Positions 29,126-39,372 of a DNA stretch of 64,000 bases are shown piece after piece. A model generated the notes under the pieces. The model was given only the letters and a program-made list of their open reading frames with translations. It had not been told where the DNA came from and ran no database searches. The DNA lies in the NCBI GenBank assembly GCA_016432525.1, contig CP066693.1, positions 288,815 to 352,814 of the forward strand, written 5' to 3'. Position 1 is the first letter of the stretch. Every line of letters starts with the position of its first letter. A program made the position numbers and the translations under genes. Source of the DNA: Candidatus Woesebacteria bacterium (GTDB lineage: Bacteria > Patescibacteriota > Microgenomatia > UBA8517).

Positions 29126-30373
29126 ATGCAAGGCGGAATCTATAAAAAAGTATTTTTAACTGCTCTAATATTAATTGTTTTTAGATTAGCCTCACATATT
29201 CCTGCCGCAGGTATAAATAAAGCTGCTCTCGCCTCCCTTTTCCAGGGTAACCAGCTTTTGTCACTTCTTGATATTTTCTCAGGTGGAACTCTAGCCAATT
29301 TCTCAATATTAGCTCTTGGTTTAAACCCCTACATTAATGCATCAATTATTCTGCAACTTCTTCAATTTATTTCCCCTCGTTTGGAAGAACTTTCAGAAGA
29401 AGGAGAATATGGTAAAGAAAAAATAGACCAATACACAAGGTTTTTAACAGTTCCACTTGCGGCTATGCAATCATTTGGAGTTTATATGCTCCTAAACCGC
29501 CAAGGAATAATGGGAAATCTCTCCCCTGTCTCTCTTCTATCGCTAGTTCTAACAATGACAGCGGGAACAATGTTTTCTGTTTGGTTGGGTGAACTGATTA
29601 CAGAATTTGGCGTTGGAAATGGAGTCTCATTCTTGATTTTTGCAGGAATTGTCTCAAGAATTCCTTTATCTATTGGAAATCAAGGAAGTTCTCTTTTAGC
29701 ATCTGCAAATCTTCCCAAATTTGGAGTCCTAATAGCAGTCTCACTTATTATAATTGCCTTCGTTGTTCTCTTAAATGATGCAGCTCGTAACGTCAAGATC
29801 TATTATGCAAGAAAATCAAAAAGAACTCTAAAAGAAGATTCAAGCTATCTTCCCCTTAAATTAAATCAGGCAGGTGTAATTCCTATAATTTTTGCAGTTT
29901 CTTTAGTTTTAGTCCCATCTATGATTGCCCAATTTTTGTCGGGAGTAAACTCTCCCCAAATTAGGTTATTAAGCGCAAAGATAATATCAATAATAAACCC
30001 TCAATCTCCTTTTTATAACATCATTTATTTTGTATTAGTTGTAGCTTTCACTTATTTCTATACAACAATAGTTTTCAAACCCGAAAAAGTAGCAGAACGT
30101 CTCCAAAAAAATGGAAGTTTCGTGCCAGGAGTAAGGCCGGGGTCTCAAACAATTAAATATTTAAATTTTATCGTTACAAGAATAACCCTCCCCGGAGCCA
30201 TATTTTTAGGATTGATTGCAGTTTTCCCCTCAATTCTTCAAAGTGTTTTACAAATTCCAAATCTTTTAGTAGGTGGAACAAGTGTACTTATCGTTGTTTC
30301 GGTTGTTCTTGAAATGATAAGAAGCTTAGAATCTCAAAGAGTCACCAGAAGATACGAAGGGTTTGTCAAATGA
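29126..30373 (+). CDS. secY: preprotein translocase subunit SecY
   Basis: 10-TM SecY family, operon position. Confidence 0.93.
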   Translation: MQGGIYKKVFLTALILIVFRLASHIPAAGINKAALASLFQGNQLLSLLDIFSGGTLANFSILALGLNPYINASIILQLLQFISPRLEELSEEGEYGKEKIDQYTRFLTVPLAAMQSFGVYMLLNRQGIMGNLSPVSLLSLVLTMTAGTMFSVWLGELITEFGVGNGVSFLIFAGIVSRIPLSIGNQGSSLLASANLPKFGVLIAVSLIIIAFVVLLNDAARNVKIYYARKSKRTLKEDSSYLPLKLNQAGVIPIIFAVSLVLVPSMIAQFLSGVNSPQIRLLSAKIISIINPQSPFYNIIYFVLVVAFTYFYTTIVFKPEKVAERLQKNGSFVPGVRPGSQTIKYLNFIVTRITLPGAIFLGLIAVFPSILQSVLQIPNLLVGGTSVLIVVSVVLEMIRSLESQRVTRRYEGFVK

Positions 30374-31008
30374 ACATAATTATTTTAGGACCCCAGGGTT
30401 CAGGAAAAGGCACCCAAGCAGAAGCCCTAGTAAAAGAATATAACATGCTTTATTTTGAAGCTGGAAATTTCTTAAGAAATTTAGCTCAAAAAGATAAATT
30501 TATTTCCGAAACCATCAATAAAGGTGAACTAATTCCAGATGAAAAAATATTTGAGTTAGTAAAAACTTTTCTTGAAGAAAAAAACGTAAACGACAATATT
30601 TTATTTGATGGTTATCCAAGGTCAGTAAAACAATACGAACTTCTCTCATCATTCTTATCTCAAAAAAATCAAAAAATTAACATTGCAATTTTGCTTTCAA
30701 TCCCCCAAGAAGAGTCCATTAGACGTTTATCTGCACGTAGAATTGACCAAAAAACTGGTCAAATTTATAATCTTATAACAAATCCTCCAGGACCAGAAAT
30801 AAACTTAAATGAATTAATTCAAAGAGATGATGACAAACCTGATGCAATCAAGGCTCGTCTTGAAAACTATCACAAATCAACAGAACCTTTGCTTAAAAAA
30901 TTAAAAGAAGAAAATATTCTAATAGAAGTCGATGGAACAAAATCTATTGAAGATATCAAGTTTGAGCTATTTAAATTAGTTAACGAATACAAAAATGGAA
31001 AAAATTAA
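30370..31008 (+). CDS. adk: adenylate kinase
   Basis: P-loop [14 protein letters not shown]-binding and lid regions. Confidence 0.9.
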   Translation: MNIIILGPQGSGKGTQAEALVKEYNMLYFEAGNFLRNLAQKDKFISETINKGELIPDEKIFELVKTFLEEKNVNDNILFDGYPRSVKQYELLSSFLSQKNQKINIAILLSIPQEESIRRLSARRIDQKTGQIYNLITNPPGPEINLNELIQRDDDKPDAIKARLENYHKSTEPLLKKLKEENILIEVDGTKSIEDIKFELFKLVNEYKNGKN

Positions 31009-31744
31009 TCTTAAAACAGAAGAAGAAATAAAAATAATGAAAGAAGGTGGGCATATTCTTTCAAATATTAAAAAAGAAGCTAAAAAAATTTTAAAAGAAG
31101 GAACTACAGCCAAAGAAGTTGACGATCTAGTAACTAAGTTAATTTTAAACGCCAAGGGTCGTCCTTCATTCCAAATGGTTTCAAATTATCATTGGGCAAC
31201 ATGCATAAACAAAAACGATGGTGTAGTTCATGGAATCCCTGGTAAAAATATAGTGTTCAAAAAAGGAGATATTGTAAGTGTTGATTTAGGCATTTTCTAT
31301 AAAGGTTTTCACTCTGATTCAGCTTTCTCTGTCCAAATAGGCGAGGATAGCGAAAAACATTTTTTAGAAATTGGCAAAAAAACTCTAAACTCAGCTATCA
31401 AAAAGGCAAAAATTGGCAAAACAATCAAAGATATATCAGAAAGTATTGAAAATTCCCTCTCAAAAGAAAATTTAAGCCCTATTCGCTCACTAACAGGCCA
31501 TGGTGTAGGCAGAGCCTTACATGAAGCTCCAGCAATTCCTTGTTTTGTTGTGAGAGGCCTCGAAAAAATCAAAATTGAAGAAGGAATGGTTCTTGCAATC
31601 GAGATTATGTATACAAAAGGCAAAGGCGACATAACAATAGATAATGATGGGTGGACAATACGCACAAAAGATGCTAAAATAGCAGCACTTTTCGAAGAGA
31701 GTGTAGCCGTGACCAAAAATGGTCCTGTTATCCTTACAAACTAG
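30995..31744 (+). CDS. map: type I methionine aminopeptidase
   Basis: pita-bread fold metal ligands (D...D...H...E...E pattern) and operon position after adk. Confidence 0.88.
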   Translation: MEKINLKTEEEIKIMKEGGHILSNIKKEAKKILKEGTTAKEVDDLVTKLILNAKGRPSFQMVSNYHWATCINKNDGVVHGIPGKNIVFKKGDIVSVDLGIFYKGFHSDSAFSVQIGEDSEKHFLEIGKKTLNSAIKKAKIGKTIKDISESIENSLSKENLSPIRSLTGHGVGRALHEAPAIPCFVVRGLEKIKIEEGMVLAIEIMYTKGKGDITIDNDGWTIRTKDAKIAALFEESVAVTKNGPVILTN

Positions 31745-31745
31745 T

Positions 31746-31964
31746 ATGGCAAGAGCAACAAACAACATTGAAATTGACGGTGAGGTTTTATCGGCCTTAC
31801 CAAATACTATGTTTAAAGTAAAGCTCTCAGACGGAAGAATAATCTTAACTACCTTAACTGGAAGATTAAGAAAGCATTTTGTAAAAATTTTGCCTGGAGA
31901 TAGGGTAAAAATCGAAATGACGCCTTACGATAAAGATAGAGGACGTATATCGTATAAATATTAA
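31746..31964 (+). CDS. infA: translation initiation factor IF-1
   Basis: [61 protein letters not shown]. Confidence 0.93.
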   Translation: MARATNNIEIDGEVLSALPNTMFKVKLSDGRIILTTLTGRLRKHFVKILPGDRVKIEMTPYDKDRGRISYKY

Positions 31965-31965
31965 A

Positions 31966-32079
31966 ATGAAAGTAAGATCATCTATAAAACCAATTTGTAA
32001 AGATTGCAAAATAGTAAAAAGGAAAGGAGTTCTTTTTGTGGTTTGCAAAAACCCAAAACATAAACAACGACAAGGATGA
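31966..32079 (+). CDS. rpmJ: 50S ribosomal protein L36
   Basis: 37-aa [37 protein letters not shown]; not in the ORF track; its stop overlaps the rpsM start. Confidence 0.88.
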   Translation: MKVRSSIKPICKDCKIVKRKGVLFVVCKNPKHKQRQG

Positions 32080-32480
32080 GAATAGCAGGAGTTGAATTAA
32101 ACGATAATTGGAAAGTTGGCTTCGCGCTCACAAGGCTCAAAGGCATAGGCTGGCCACATTCTGACGATATCCTAAAAAAAGTAAAAATAGGAAAGCTTAC
32201 AAAATTAAGCAATCTTACCAATGAAGAAGTAGCAAAAATCTCAAGTGAATTGGAAAAATACACAATAGAAGGAGATTTAATAAGAAAAGTGCGTCTTGAT
32301 ATTCAAAGACTTAAAGATATTGGCTCTCTTAGAGGAATTAGACATAATCGAGGACTACCAGTAAGAGGTCAAAGAACAAGATCAAATGCCAGAACAAAAA
32401 GAGGTAAAAGAAAAACAGTAGGAGCATTCAAAAAAGAAACTCTTTCAAAAATGGATTCAACTAAGAAAGAAACTAAGTAA
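32076..32480 (+). CDS. rpsM: 30S ribosomal protein S13
   Basis: MRIAGVEL..., [31 protein letters not shown]. Confidence 0.93.
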   Translation: MRIAGVELNDNWKVGFALTRLKGIGWPHSDDILKKVKIGKLTKLSNLTNEEVAKISSELEKYTIEGDLIRKVRLDIQRLKDIGSLRGIRHNRGLPVRGQRTRSNARTKRGKRKTVGAFKKETLSKMDSTKKETK

Positions 32481-32849
32481 ATGGCAATTAAAAAAACAAA
32501 AACAACCAAAGCTCGTATTTATATTTCAGCAAGTTTTAATAATACTCTTGTAACCGTGACCGACTCAGAAGGTCAAACCTTAAGTTGGGGATCTTCAGGA
32601 AATGCTGGATTTAAAGGAACCAGAAAAGCCACTCCGTTTGCGGCAACTCAAGCAACAGAAAAAGTAATTCAAAAATTAAAAGACGAGGTAGGTCTTAAAG
32701 AAGTAGAAGTTTTCATAAAAGGTCCAGGCCCAGGCCGCGACGCAGCTTTGCGTGCAATAAAAGCAAGTGGTCTTAAAATTATTTTGATAGCTGATGTAAC
32801 ACCAGTGCCTTACGATGGTCCAAGATCTAAGAAAAAGAAAAGAGGATAA
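32481..32849 (+). CDS. rpsK: 30S ribosomal protein S11
   Basis: S11 family (SWGSSGNAGFKGTRKATPFAA). Confidence 0.93.
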   Translation: MAIKKTKTTKARIYISASFNNTLVTVTDSEGQTLSWGSSGNAGFKGTRKATPFAATQATEKVIQKLKDEVGLKEVEVFIKGPGPGRDAALRAIKASGLKIILIADVTPVPYDGPRSKKKKRG

Positions 32850-32851
32850 AA

Positions 32852-33451
32852 ATGAGATATACAGGTCCCAAAGATAGATTAAGTAGGCGAGAAGGATTTG
32901 ACCTTTTTGGTAAAGGAACAAAACTGACTCGTCTTAATGTAACCCCAGGCCAACATGGACCAAAAGGTCAGTTAAGGCAAGCATCTCAGTATGGGCGCCA
33001 GTTAAGAGAAAAACAAAAAGTAAAAAGAATGTATGGTTTAACCGAAAAACAATTTAGAAAATATATGCAAGCCTCTCTAAAAACAAAAGGAAACACTGGT
33101 AAAACCCTTTTTAAAATTTTAGAAAGCAGGCTTGACAATGTAGTTTATAGATTAAAATTCGCAGACAGTCGTCCTCAAGCAAGACAATTAGTTTCTCACA
33201 GACATGTTTCTGTAAACGGTAAGAAAGTAAATATCGCGTCCTATCAGGTAAAACCAAAAGATGTTATTAACTTAGACGAAAAAGCCATTAAAATAGCAAA
33301 CATTAAAAAACTAATAGAAGATAAGGGAGTTGAAGTTCCAGACTGGCTCAAAAGAAAAACAGGAGCAGGAGTTATCGTCCGTCTTCCTGAACGTGACGAA
33401 ATTAAAGAAGAAATTAATGAACAAGATATAATTGAATATTATTCACGGTAA
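32852..33451 (+). CDS. rpsD: 30S ribosomal protein S4
   Basis: S4 family with an S4 RNA-binding domain. Confidence 0.92.
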   Translation: MRYTGPKDRLSRREGFDLFGKGTKLTRLNVTPGQHGPKGQLRQASQYGRQLREKQKVKRMYGLTEKQFRKYMQASLKTKGNTGKTLFKILESRLDNVVYRLKFADSRPQARQLVSHRHVSVNGKKVNIASYQVKPKDVINLDEKAIKIANIKKLIEDKGVEVPDWLKRKTGAGVIVRLPERDEIKEEINEQDIIEYYSR

Positions 33452-33479
33452 TTCTTTAACCGTGAACCTTTAAAAGGAG

Positions 33480-34400
33480 GTGAAAATAATGAATAACCTT
33501 TTTGAAATAAAAGAAGAATTAAAAAAAGATAACTACACAAAATTTGTTTTAACACCACTAGTCTCTGGCTATGGTTATACTTTGGCAGTTGCTCTTCGAA
33601 GAGTCCTTTTAGGAAATCTTCCTGGTGGCGCTATAACTAAAGTAGAAATCGAGGGCGTAAGACATCAATTTTCTTCTCTCAAAGGAATGAAGGAAGATGT
33701 TTTAGATTTTTTATTAAATCTTAAAAAAGTTCGCATTTCTCTTGACTCTGATAAGCCAGTAAAAATGAGCTTGTCAATATCAAAACAAGGAGAAGTAAAA
33801 GCAGGGGATATTAAATGTCCTGCAGGTGTCAAAATCGCAAATCCAGATTTAGTTTTAGCAAATTTGAGTAAAAGTGCCAATCTACAAGCTCAAATGGAAG
33901 CCGAAAAAGGCGTTGGCTATCTATTAGCAGAAGAACGTCCAAAAGAAAGTATCGGATCCATTCCACTTGATGCAAGTTTTTCCCCAGTTTTAGTAGTTAA
34001 TTATAAAGTTGAGGAAACTCGTGTTGGACGTCTTACCAATTTTGATAAGCTTACTCTTGAAATAACAACAGATGGAACTATGTCTCCAAAAGACGCTTTA
34101 TTAGAAGCTTCTAAAATTTTAGTTTCATATTTCCATCAAATCATATCTCCTCAAAAAATTGAGGTCAAAAAAACAGATGAAAAGGTGGATGAGTTAGGTT
34201 CCACAGGAAAACTTTCCGTTGAGGAAATAGGTCTTCCTACAAGAGTAGCAAATGCTTTAACTAAAGCAGGCTATGATACAGTTGAAAGATTAGTGAATGC
34301 TCCCCAAGAAGATCTTATGAAAGTAAGAAACTTAGGAGAAAAGTCACTAAAGATAATAAGCGTAGCCCTTATGGAAAAAGGTGTTAAATTTAACTCATGA
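33480..34400 (+). CDS. rpoA: DNA-directed RNA polymerase alpha subunit
   Basis: alpha NTD dimerisation motifs (GYGYTLAVALRRVLL) and a CTD (helix-hairpin-helix LGLPTRVANAL). Confidence 0.93.
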   Translation: MKIMNNLFEIKEELKKDNYTKFVLTPLVSGYGYTLAVALRRVLLGNLPGGAITKVEIEGVRHQFSSLKGMKEDVLDFLLNLKKVRISLDSDKPVKMSLSISKQGEVKAGDIKCPAGVKIANPDLVLANLSKSANLQAQMEAEKGVGYLLAEERPKESIGSIPLDASFSPVLVVNYKVEETRVGRLTNFDKLTLEITTDGTMSPKDALLEASKILVSYFHQIISPQKIEVKKTDEKVDELGSTGKLSVEEIGLPTRVANALTKAGYDTVERLVNAPQEDLMKVRNLGEKSLKIISVALMEKGVKFNS

Positions 34401-34816
34401 AAAAACGCGTCTTTGGAAGAAAATTAAGCCGTGATCGTGATAGTAGAAAAGCTTTAATCAGAGGCCTTATAGCCTCTTTGGTCAAGTATGGTAAAATCAC
34501 CACAACAAAAGCCAAAGCAAAAACTATACAATCTGAAGTTGATCAATATTTAACTGATCTACGAGAAGATACGATCGCGGCAAGACGCCGCATTCAAAGT
34601 AATTTGGGAAACGATACTGTTACTACTAAATTACTTTTTCAAAATTATTTAAAAATAACTGCCAAAAGAACATCAGGTTTTACAAGAATAATAAATCTCC
34701 CAAGAAGAAAAGGAGATAGCGCAGAAATAGTTACAATTTCTTTTGTAGACGAAATTAAACCAAAAAAAAAGAAAGTAAAAGAAAATGCAAAAAACAATAC
34801 AGCCAAAAAAAGCTGA
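34397..34816 (+). CDS. rplQ: 50S ribosomal protein L17
   Basis: L17 family with a Lys-rich C-terminal tail. Confidence 0.9.
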   Translation: MKKRVFGRKLSRDRDSRKALIRGLIASLVKYGKITTTKAKAKTIQSEVDQYLTDLREDTIAARRRIQSNLGNDTVTTKLLFQNYLKITAKRTSGFTRIINLPRRKGDSAEIVTISFVDEIKPKKKKVKENAKNNTAKKS

Positions 34817-35198
34817 AATAAAAAGAGATTGGCATTTAATTGATGCCAATGGCAAAGTCTTAGGACGAATTTCAACAGAAATCGTTAAATTTCTGATGGG
34901 AAAAAATAAGCTAAATTATGCCCCCCATATGGATATGGGTGATAAAGTGGTTGTTATAAATGCAGAAAAAATTGTTTTAACAGGAAAAAAAGAAAAACAG
35001 AAATTATACAGAAGTCATTCAGGATATCCAGGAGGTTTTAAAGAAGTAAAATTCAAAAAAATGAAAGAAGATCATCCAGAAAGAATAATAGAAATCGCTG
35101 TCAAAAGGATGTTGCCAGAAAATAGATTAAGAGACAAAAGATTAAGAAGACTTTTTGTTTTTAAGGGTGAGAATCAAAATCTTTATAAAGTTAATTAA
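34785..35198 (+). CDS. rplM: 50S ribosomal protein L13
   Basis: KRDWHLIDANGKVLGRIST... Confidence 0.92.
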   Translation: MQKTIQPKKAEIKRDWHLIDANGKVLGRISTEIVKFLMGKNKLNYAPHMDMGDKVVVINAEKIVLTGKKEKQKLYRSHSGYPGGFKEVKFKKMKEDHPERIIEIAVKRMLPENRLRDKRLRRLFVFKGENQNLYKVN

Positions 35199-35199
35199 T

Positions 35200-35610
35200 A
35201 TGCCAAAGCAAAAAAAGAAAAATTACATTTATGCAGTAGGAAGGCGAAGGCAGGCAAGTGCCAGAGTCCGCCTTTTTAAAGGTGAAAACGAAAATACCGT
35301 CAATGGAGTTGTCATTGGAAAATACTTTGATATACCAAATTCAAGCTTACTTTGGATGAAACCTTTTGAAGTAACCAAAACACTTGGAAAATATTTTGTA
35401 ACAGCAAAAGTTAAAGGCGGAGGTAAAAATGGCCAACTCGAGGCAGTTGTCCATGGTATTTCAAGAGCTCTCTCTGCTGCAAATTCTGAAAAATTCAGAA
35501 GTTTGCTTAAAAAGGAAGGTCTGCTTACTCGCGATTCAAGGAAAAAGGAAAGAAGAAAAATAGGAACCGGTGGAAAAGCACGAAGAAAGAAACAATCCCC
35601 CAAGCGTTAA
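35200..35610 (+). CDS. rpsI: 30S ribosomal protein S9
   Basis: YAVGRRRQASARVRL..., C-terminal GGKARRKKQSPKR. Confidence 0.92.
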   Translation: MPKQKKKNYIYAVGRRRQASARVRLFKGENENTVNGVVIGKYFDIPNSSLLWMKPFEVTKTLGKYFVTAKVKGGGKNGQLEAVVHGISRALSAANSEKFRSLLKKEGLLTRDSRKKERRKIGTGGKARRKKQSPKR

Positions 35611-37199
35611 TTTGTCTTTTTGTTAATCCAAAAAGTATAAGCAATAGTCCCATCAGAATTTTTAATTTGTGTCAAAATCTGAGCCTGTATTCCATCGTGA
35701 ATTTTGCTTTCGATAGCGCACTTAAATCCATCGATAACTAAAATATTTCGATCAATAGATTTTTGGTTTCTGTTTGAAAAAATATCTCCAGACGGACATT
35801 CTTTTTGACTAAACAATAAATTCTGATACTTCCATTCTCCTTCGCTTCTTTTGACTGCAAATTCGTTAAAAATCTTAGGATCTATTTTATTGTAAAAAGC
35901 AAACCAAGGGTATGGATCATCTGGATCATTGGTAATCACTACTTCTCCATAATTTCCCTTAATTTGGTTAATTTGAGAAACAAGTGATTTGGCCGAAACG
36001 TTTCTATAAGGTATCAAAAAAGTACTTGCACTTGTGGTATAAATCCTAAAAAAGTAAAAGAAATTAAATAAAAAACCTAAAATCAAAAAATTAAAAATAA
36101 TTTTTCTATTAACTAAAAAATAATTTGCGCCATATGCGCACAAAATTGAAATAAATGGAAGCATAAATAAACTTCTATGCAAATTAGGCGAGTCCTCATT
36201 TGTTATTGCAGCCACGAGTGGGGCAAATAAAAGAAGAATTAAAGTAAGTCTCGTTCCTTTTTTTTGAATAACAAAAACAATTCCAGAAATCAAAAACACA
36301 AACTCAAAATAGGTAATTAGTCCTATCGAAGGAGTTCTATATCTAAGTGGTTTGGCATCATTAAAAATCAAAAATTCTCCGCTAAAATACTTTAAATATT
36401 CCTCAAAAAAAGCCCTCCCATAAACAACCATTTTATTTTCATTCAAAATCTCTTTTTTTACGAGAGGTGAGTTAAAAACCGAAACTTGGGAAAATCTTCC
36501 TTTTCCGCTTTTTGAAAAAACTAAAAAAAATGAAATTAAACTTACAAAAACTACAAAGAAAATTAAACCCTTTTTAAACGACCAATCTTTTATTTTAGTT
36601 AAGTAGTAATAAATAATAAAAACAGAAAAAATCGGAGCAGTTACTCTTATAGAATGATAAAAAAAATAACTTGCAATCAAAGTAATAAAACTAAAAATCA
36701 AATATTTCCCTCCACCTTTTTTATTTATTGCGTAAATTAAAAAATAAAAACTCAATAAACTTAAAAACATTGAGATCACAACCTCGCTTGTTGCTCGACT
36801 TACACTAATATGCCAGGGTGAAAATGCCAAAAAAGTAGAAGAAAATAAAGCTACTTCCTTTTTTTTAGTAATCTCAAGCGTAAAAAAATACAAAGGGAAA
36901 ATAGTTAACGCTCCAACGAAAGAAGAAGGTAATCTCACAGAAAATTCATTTAATCCAAATAATATTATCGAAAAAATATCTATGTAAAAAATTCCAGTAG
37001 GTCTAAAATCTCCGAAAGTATTGTAATAAAGCGGCAAAAAATTTTCTCTATCATCGCGTCCTGTTTTTAAAATTGAATAAGCATTCCATCCAACCCTCAC
37101 CTCGTCAATATGAAATCCAGACGGAAATGTTTCCAATTTATAAACTCTCAAAAATAAAGCCAGTAAAAAAATAAAAAGAAGTATTTTGCTAATTTTCAA
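35607..37199 (-). CDS. membrane glycosyltransferase, ArnT/PMT (GT39/GT83)-like
   Basis: ~12 TM helices; N-terminal loop FHIDEVRVGWNAYSILKTGRDDRENFLPLY typical of the dolichyl/undecaprenyl-phosphate-sugar transferase family. Confidence 0.7.
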   Translation of the reverse strand: MKISKILLFIFLLALFLRVYKLETFPSGFHIDEVRVGWNAYSILKTGRDDRENFLPLYYNTFGDFRPTGIFYIDIFSIILFGLNEFSVRLPSSFVGALTIFPLYFFTLEITKKKEVALFSSTFLAFSPWHISVSRATSEVVISMFLSLLSFYFLIYAINKKGGGKYLIFSFITLIASYFFYHSIRVTAPIFSVFIIYYYLTKIKDWSFKKGLIFFVVFVSLISFFLVFSKSGKGRFSQVSVFNSPLVKKEILNENKMVVYGRAFFEEYLKYFSGEFLIFNDAKPLRYRTPSIGLITYFEFVFLISGIVFVIQKKGTRLTLILLLFAPLVAAITNEDSPNLHRSLFMLPFISILCAYGANYFLVNRKIIFNFLILGFLFNFFYFFRIYTTSASTFLIPYRNVSAKSLVSQINQIKGNYGEVVITNDPDDPYPWFAFYNKIDPKIFNEFAVKRSEGEWKYQNLLFSQKECPSGDIFSNRNQKSIDRNILVIDGFKCAIESKIHDGIQAQILTQIKNSDGTIAYTFWINKKTN

Positions 37200-37205
37200 T
37201 GTATC

Positions 37206-38003
37206 TTATCTATAAACTATACTTAGTCTCTCGTCAAACGAAAGTTTTTCCTCAATAATGTTAATAAGCTCTTTTTTAATTTCAACTCCTACGCTGTTTC
37301 TTCCTAATTCCCGTGAAACTTTCATCGTAGTCCCAGATCCGACAAACGGGTCAAGTATAGTTTCTCCTTTATAAGAAAACAAAGTTATCAATCTATACGC
37401 AAGTTCTTCTGGAAAAGCCGCGATGTCTTTTTCAAAAATAGATTTTGGAGAAACATTCACAATTTCCCACAAAGTTCTGTACCATTTATCATTCATAAAT
37501 TCACGCTCGTCAATTCTCGATTTATTTTTCGCTAAAGAGTCAACGGATTTGTAGTTAAACTTTCCTTTTTGAAAAATTAAAACCGTCTCAACTAAATTGT
37601 CGGGATAAAAGTACATCGGATATGGATTTTGTATTATCTGCCCACTTCTTCGGCTTATACGAACATAACCATCTGGTTTTTTCCAAATAATCCGATCCCG
37701 ATATCTAAATCCAGAATTTATAAATATTTTTGTAATGTCAGCAACAATTGGAAATCTCTCTCCACAAACTAACATATCATCGATATTGACAGTCGCAATT
37801 CTACCTTGAGCTAAAACTCTAAACGATTCTTTTGAAAAATTTTTCAATACCCTCAAATATTGATTATAATTTTTGTATAGGTTTTGAAAGTCAAAAGGAG
37901 CATTAAAATAAGGAGGAGAAGTAACAATCAAATGAACGCTTTCACTTTTAATCTCCTTCATTTTCTGTGAGTCCCCAATAATCAGCTTGTGATACGTTTC
38001 CAT
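37206..38003 (-). CDS. beta-class N6-adenine/N4-cytosine DNA methyltransferase (orphan)
   Basis: motif IV TSPPY near the N-terminus and motif I DPFVGSGTT near the C-terminus (beta-class order); no restriction-endonuclease candidate is adjacent. Confidence 0.85.
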   Translation of the reverse strand: METYHKLIIGDSQKMKEIKSESVHLIVTSPPYFNAPFDFQNLYKNYNQYLRVLKNFSKESFRVLAQGRIATVNIDDMLVCGERFPIVADITKIFINSGFRYRDRIIWKKPDGYVRISRRSGQIIQNPYPMYFYPDNLVETVLIFQKGKFNYKSVDSLAKNKSRIDEREFMNDKWYRTLWEIVNVSPKSIFEKDIAAFPEELAYRLITLFSYKGETILDPFVGSGTTMKVSRELGRNSVGVEIKKELINIIEEKLSFDERLSIVYR

Positions 38004-38149
38004 TAATTGGGATTATAACAAATTCATCTGTCGAGATAGAGCGAGAAATGTTGAACACCTTTCGGCTCTTACAGAATCAATTATAACGCATTGGAAGCCT
38101 GACAAGTTTGACAAAAATCTCCTAGAATCAAACCGTAACATACAGTATA

Positions 38150-38356
38150 ATGTTGGGTATGAATTCTGAGGGTAAATCAGCTCAAAATATAAATTTCGGT
38201 TTGCTTCTTGAAAATAAAGAGTTATTGCAAGTGATGGCGAAGCTAAATGAGATTAAAACAGTTACTCCAAAAGCGCAAATGAAGGCAAATGCAACAAGCA
38301 TGACCGACAATAACGGCAAAAGAATAATTTTTATGCTCACCAAGGGGATGTTTTAA
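38150..38356 (+). CDS. hypothetical small protein
   Basis: 68-aa ORF with no recognisable motif; weak. Confidence 0.2.
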   Translation: MLGMNSEGKSAQNINFGLLLENKELLQVMAKLNEIKTVTPKAQMKANATSMTDNNGKRIIFMLTKGMF

Positions 38357-38394
38357 TCAGGGCGTAGCATTAAAACTTCTGGTATAATGCGAGT

Positions 38395-39108
38395 ATGAAT
38401 AGTGACCTTAAGACTTGGGATGCAGGTGCTCTTGATTACCTTACAGAAGCTTCAGAGGAAAATGATGTATTTAAAAGGGAAGTAGATACTCCCGCCTTTG
38501 TAAACATGCTCGGTGATGTAAAAAATAAAAGCGTACTAGATATTGGATGTGGGAACGGAGATTTTGTTAAAAAAATATCTAAACTTACTACTAAGGTTGT
38601 AGGACTAGATGGTTCTCCTAAAATGATTGAAGCTGCTCGTAAAAATTTCCCTGAAGGCAATTTTATCGTTTGTGATCTTATGGGAGAGAAGATACCCCTA
38701 TCTGACGATTCCGTTGATATCGTTACCTCTAAAATGATGTTGATGAATGTTGAGTCAGTTAGAAAAGTAGGAGAAAAAGTCTTTGAAGTCTTAAAAAACG
38801 ATGGGCTATATGCGATTGATGTGGTGCATCCATTCAGACCTGTGTTAAAAAACTTACAAAACTCTAGCAGATATAATAAATCCTTGAATTACTTTAAAGA
38901 AACATCGGGCACTATCGAGTTCAATGGTAAAAAATACTCTTACTACTATCGATCAACATCTCAGTATGTCGATGAAACCATAGATTCTGGCTTTAAGCTT
39001 TTACAGATGGATGAGCTAGGAATAGATGAGAATCTTGTAAAAAAGTATCCAGTTTTATTAAGTAAACTTAATTCTCCAATATCTTTGCATCTATTGTTTC
39101 AAAAATAG
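38395..39108 (+). CDS. class I SAM-dependent methyltransferase (Methyltransf_11/25-like)
   Basis: SAM-binding motif VLDIGCGNGDF and an acidic loop VGLDGS. Confidence 0.75.
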   Translation: MNSDLKTWDAGALDYLTEASEENDVFKREVDTPAFVNMLGDVKNKSVLDIGCGNGDFVKKISKLTTKVVGLDGSPKMIEAARKNFPEGNFIVCDLMGEKIPLSDDSVDIVTSKMMLMNVESVRKVGEKVFEVLKNDGLYAIDVVHPFRPVLKNLQNSSRYNKSLNYFKETSGTIEFNGKKYSYYYRSTSQYVDETIDSGFKLLQMDELGIDENLVKKYPVLLSKLNSPISLHLLFQK

Positions 39109-39201
39109 GTTTTAATTCTCTTTAATTTCTGTGACGAAAGACTATAAGAAGGTAACAGTTGAACACTTTAGATTTGGCTAATCGATTGCTCTAAGTTTCA
39201 A

Positions 39202-39221
39202 TTGACTAATTAATTAGTCAA
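39202..39221. repeat. perfect 20-bp palindrome TTGACTAATTAATTAGTCAA
   Basis: read directly from the sequence; ~150 bp upstream of the serine recombinase start. Confidence 0.85.
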
Positions 39222-39372
39222 GAAAGTAAATTTTCAAGGTAATATAAATAACTTAAAAATACCCTATTGTAAATAGTTCAAACTGACTCATTTATAACAC
39301 TTTATAAAATCGATACCTTATAGTTTAGATTAGGCTTAAAGGGGATGACAAATTGTAGTAGAATAGCGAGGT

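Noticed and set aside
31309-32263. Minus-strand ORFs antisense to map, infA and rpmJ (31309-31716, 31517-31768, 31866-32048, 31982-32263)
   Set aside because: They are antisense to conserved genes, and the translations are low complexity.
38004-38150. Possible sigma70 promoter for the DNA methyltransferase, or a tRNA in the 38.0-38.15 kb gap
   Set aside because: No convincing -35/-10 pair with proper spacing and no cloverleaf could be folded. Only the weak att-like similarity, reported separately, was found.
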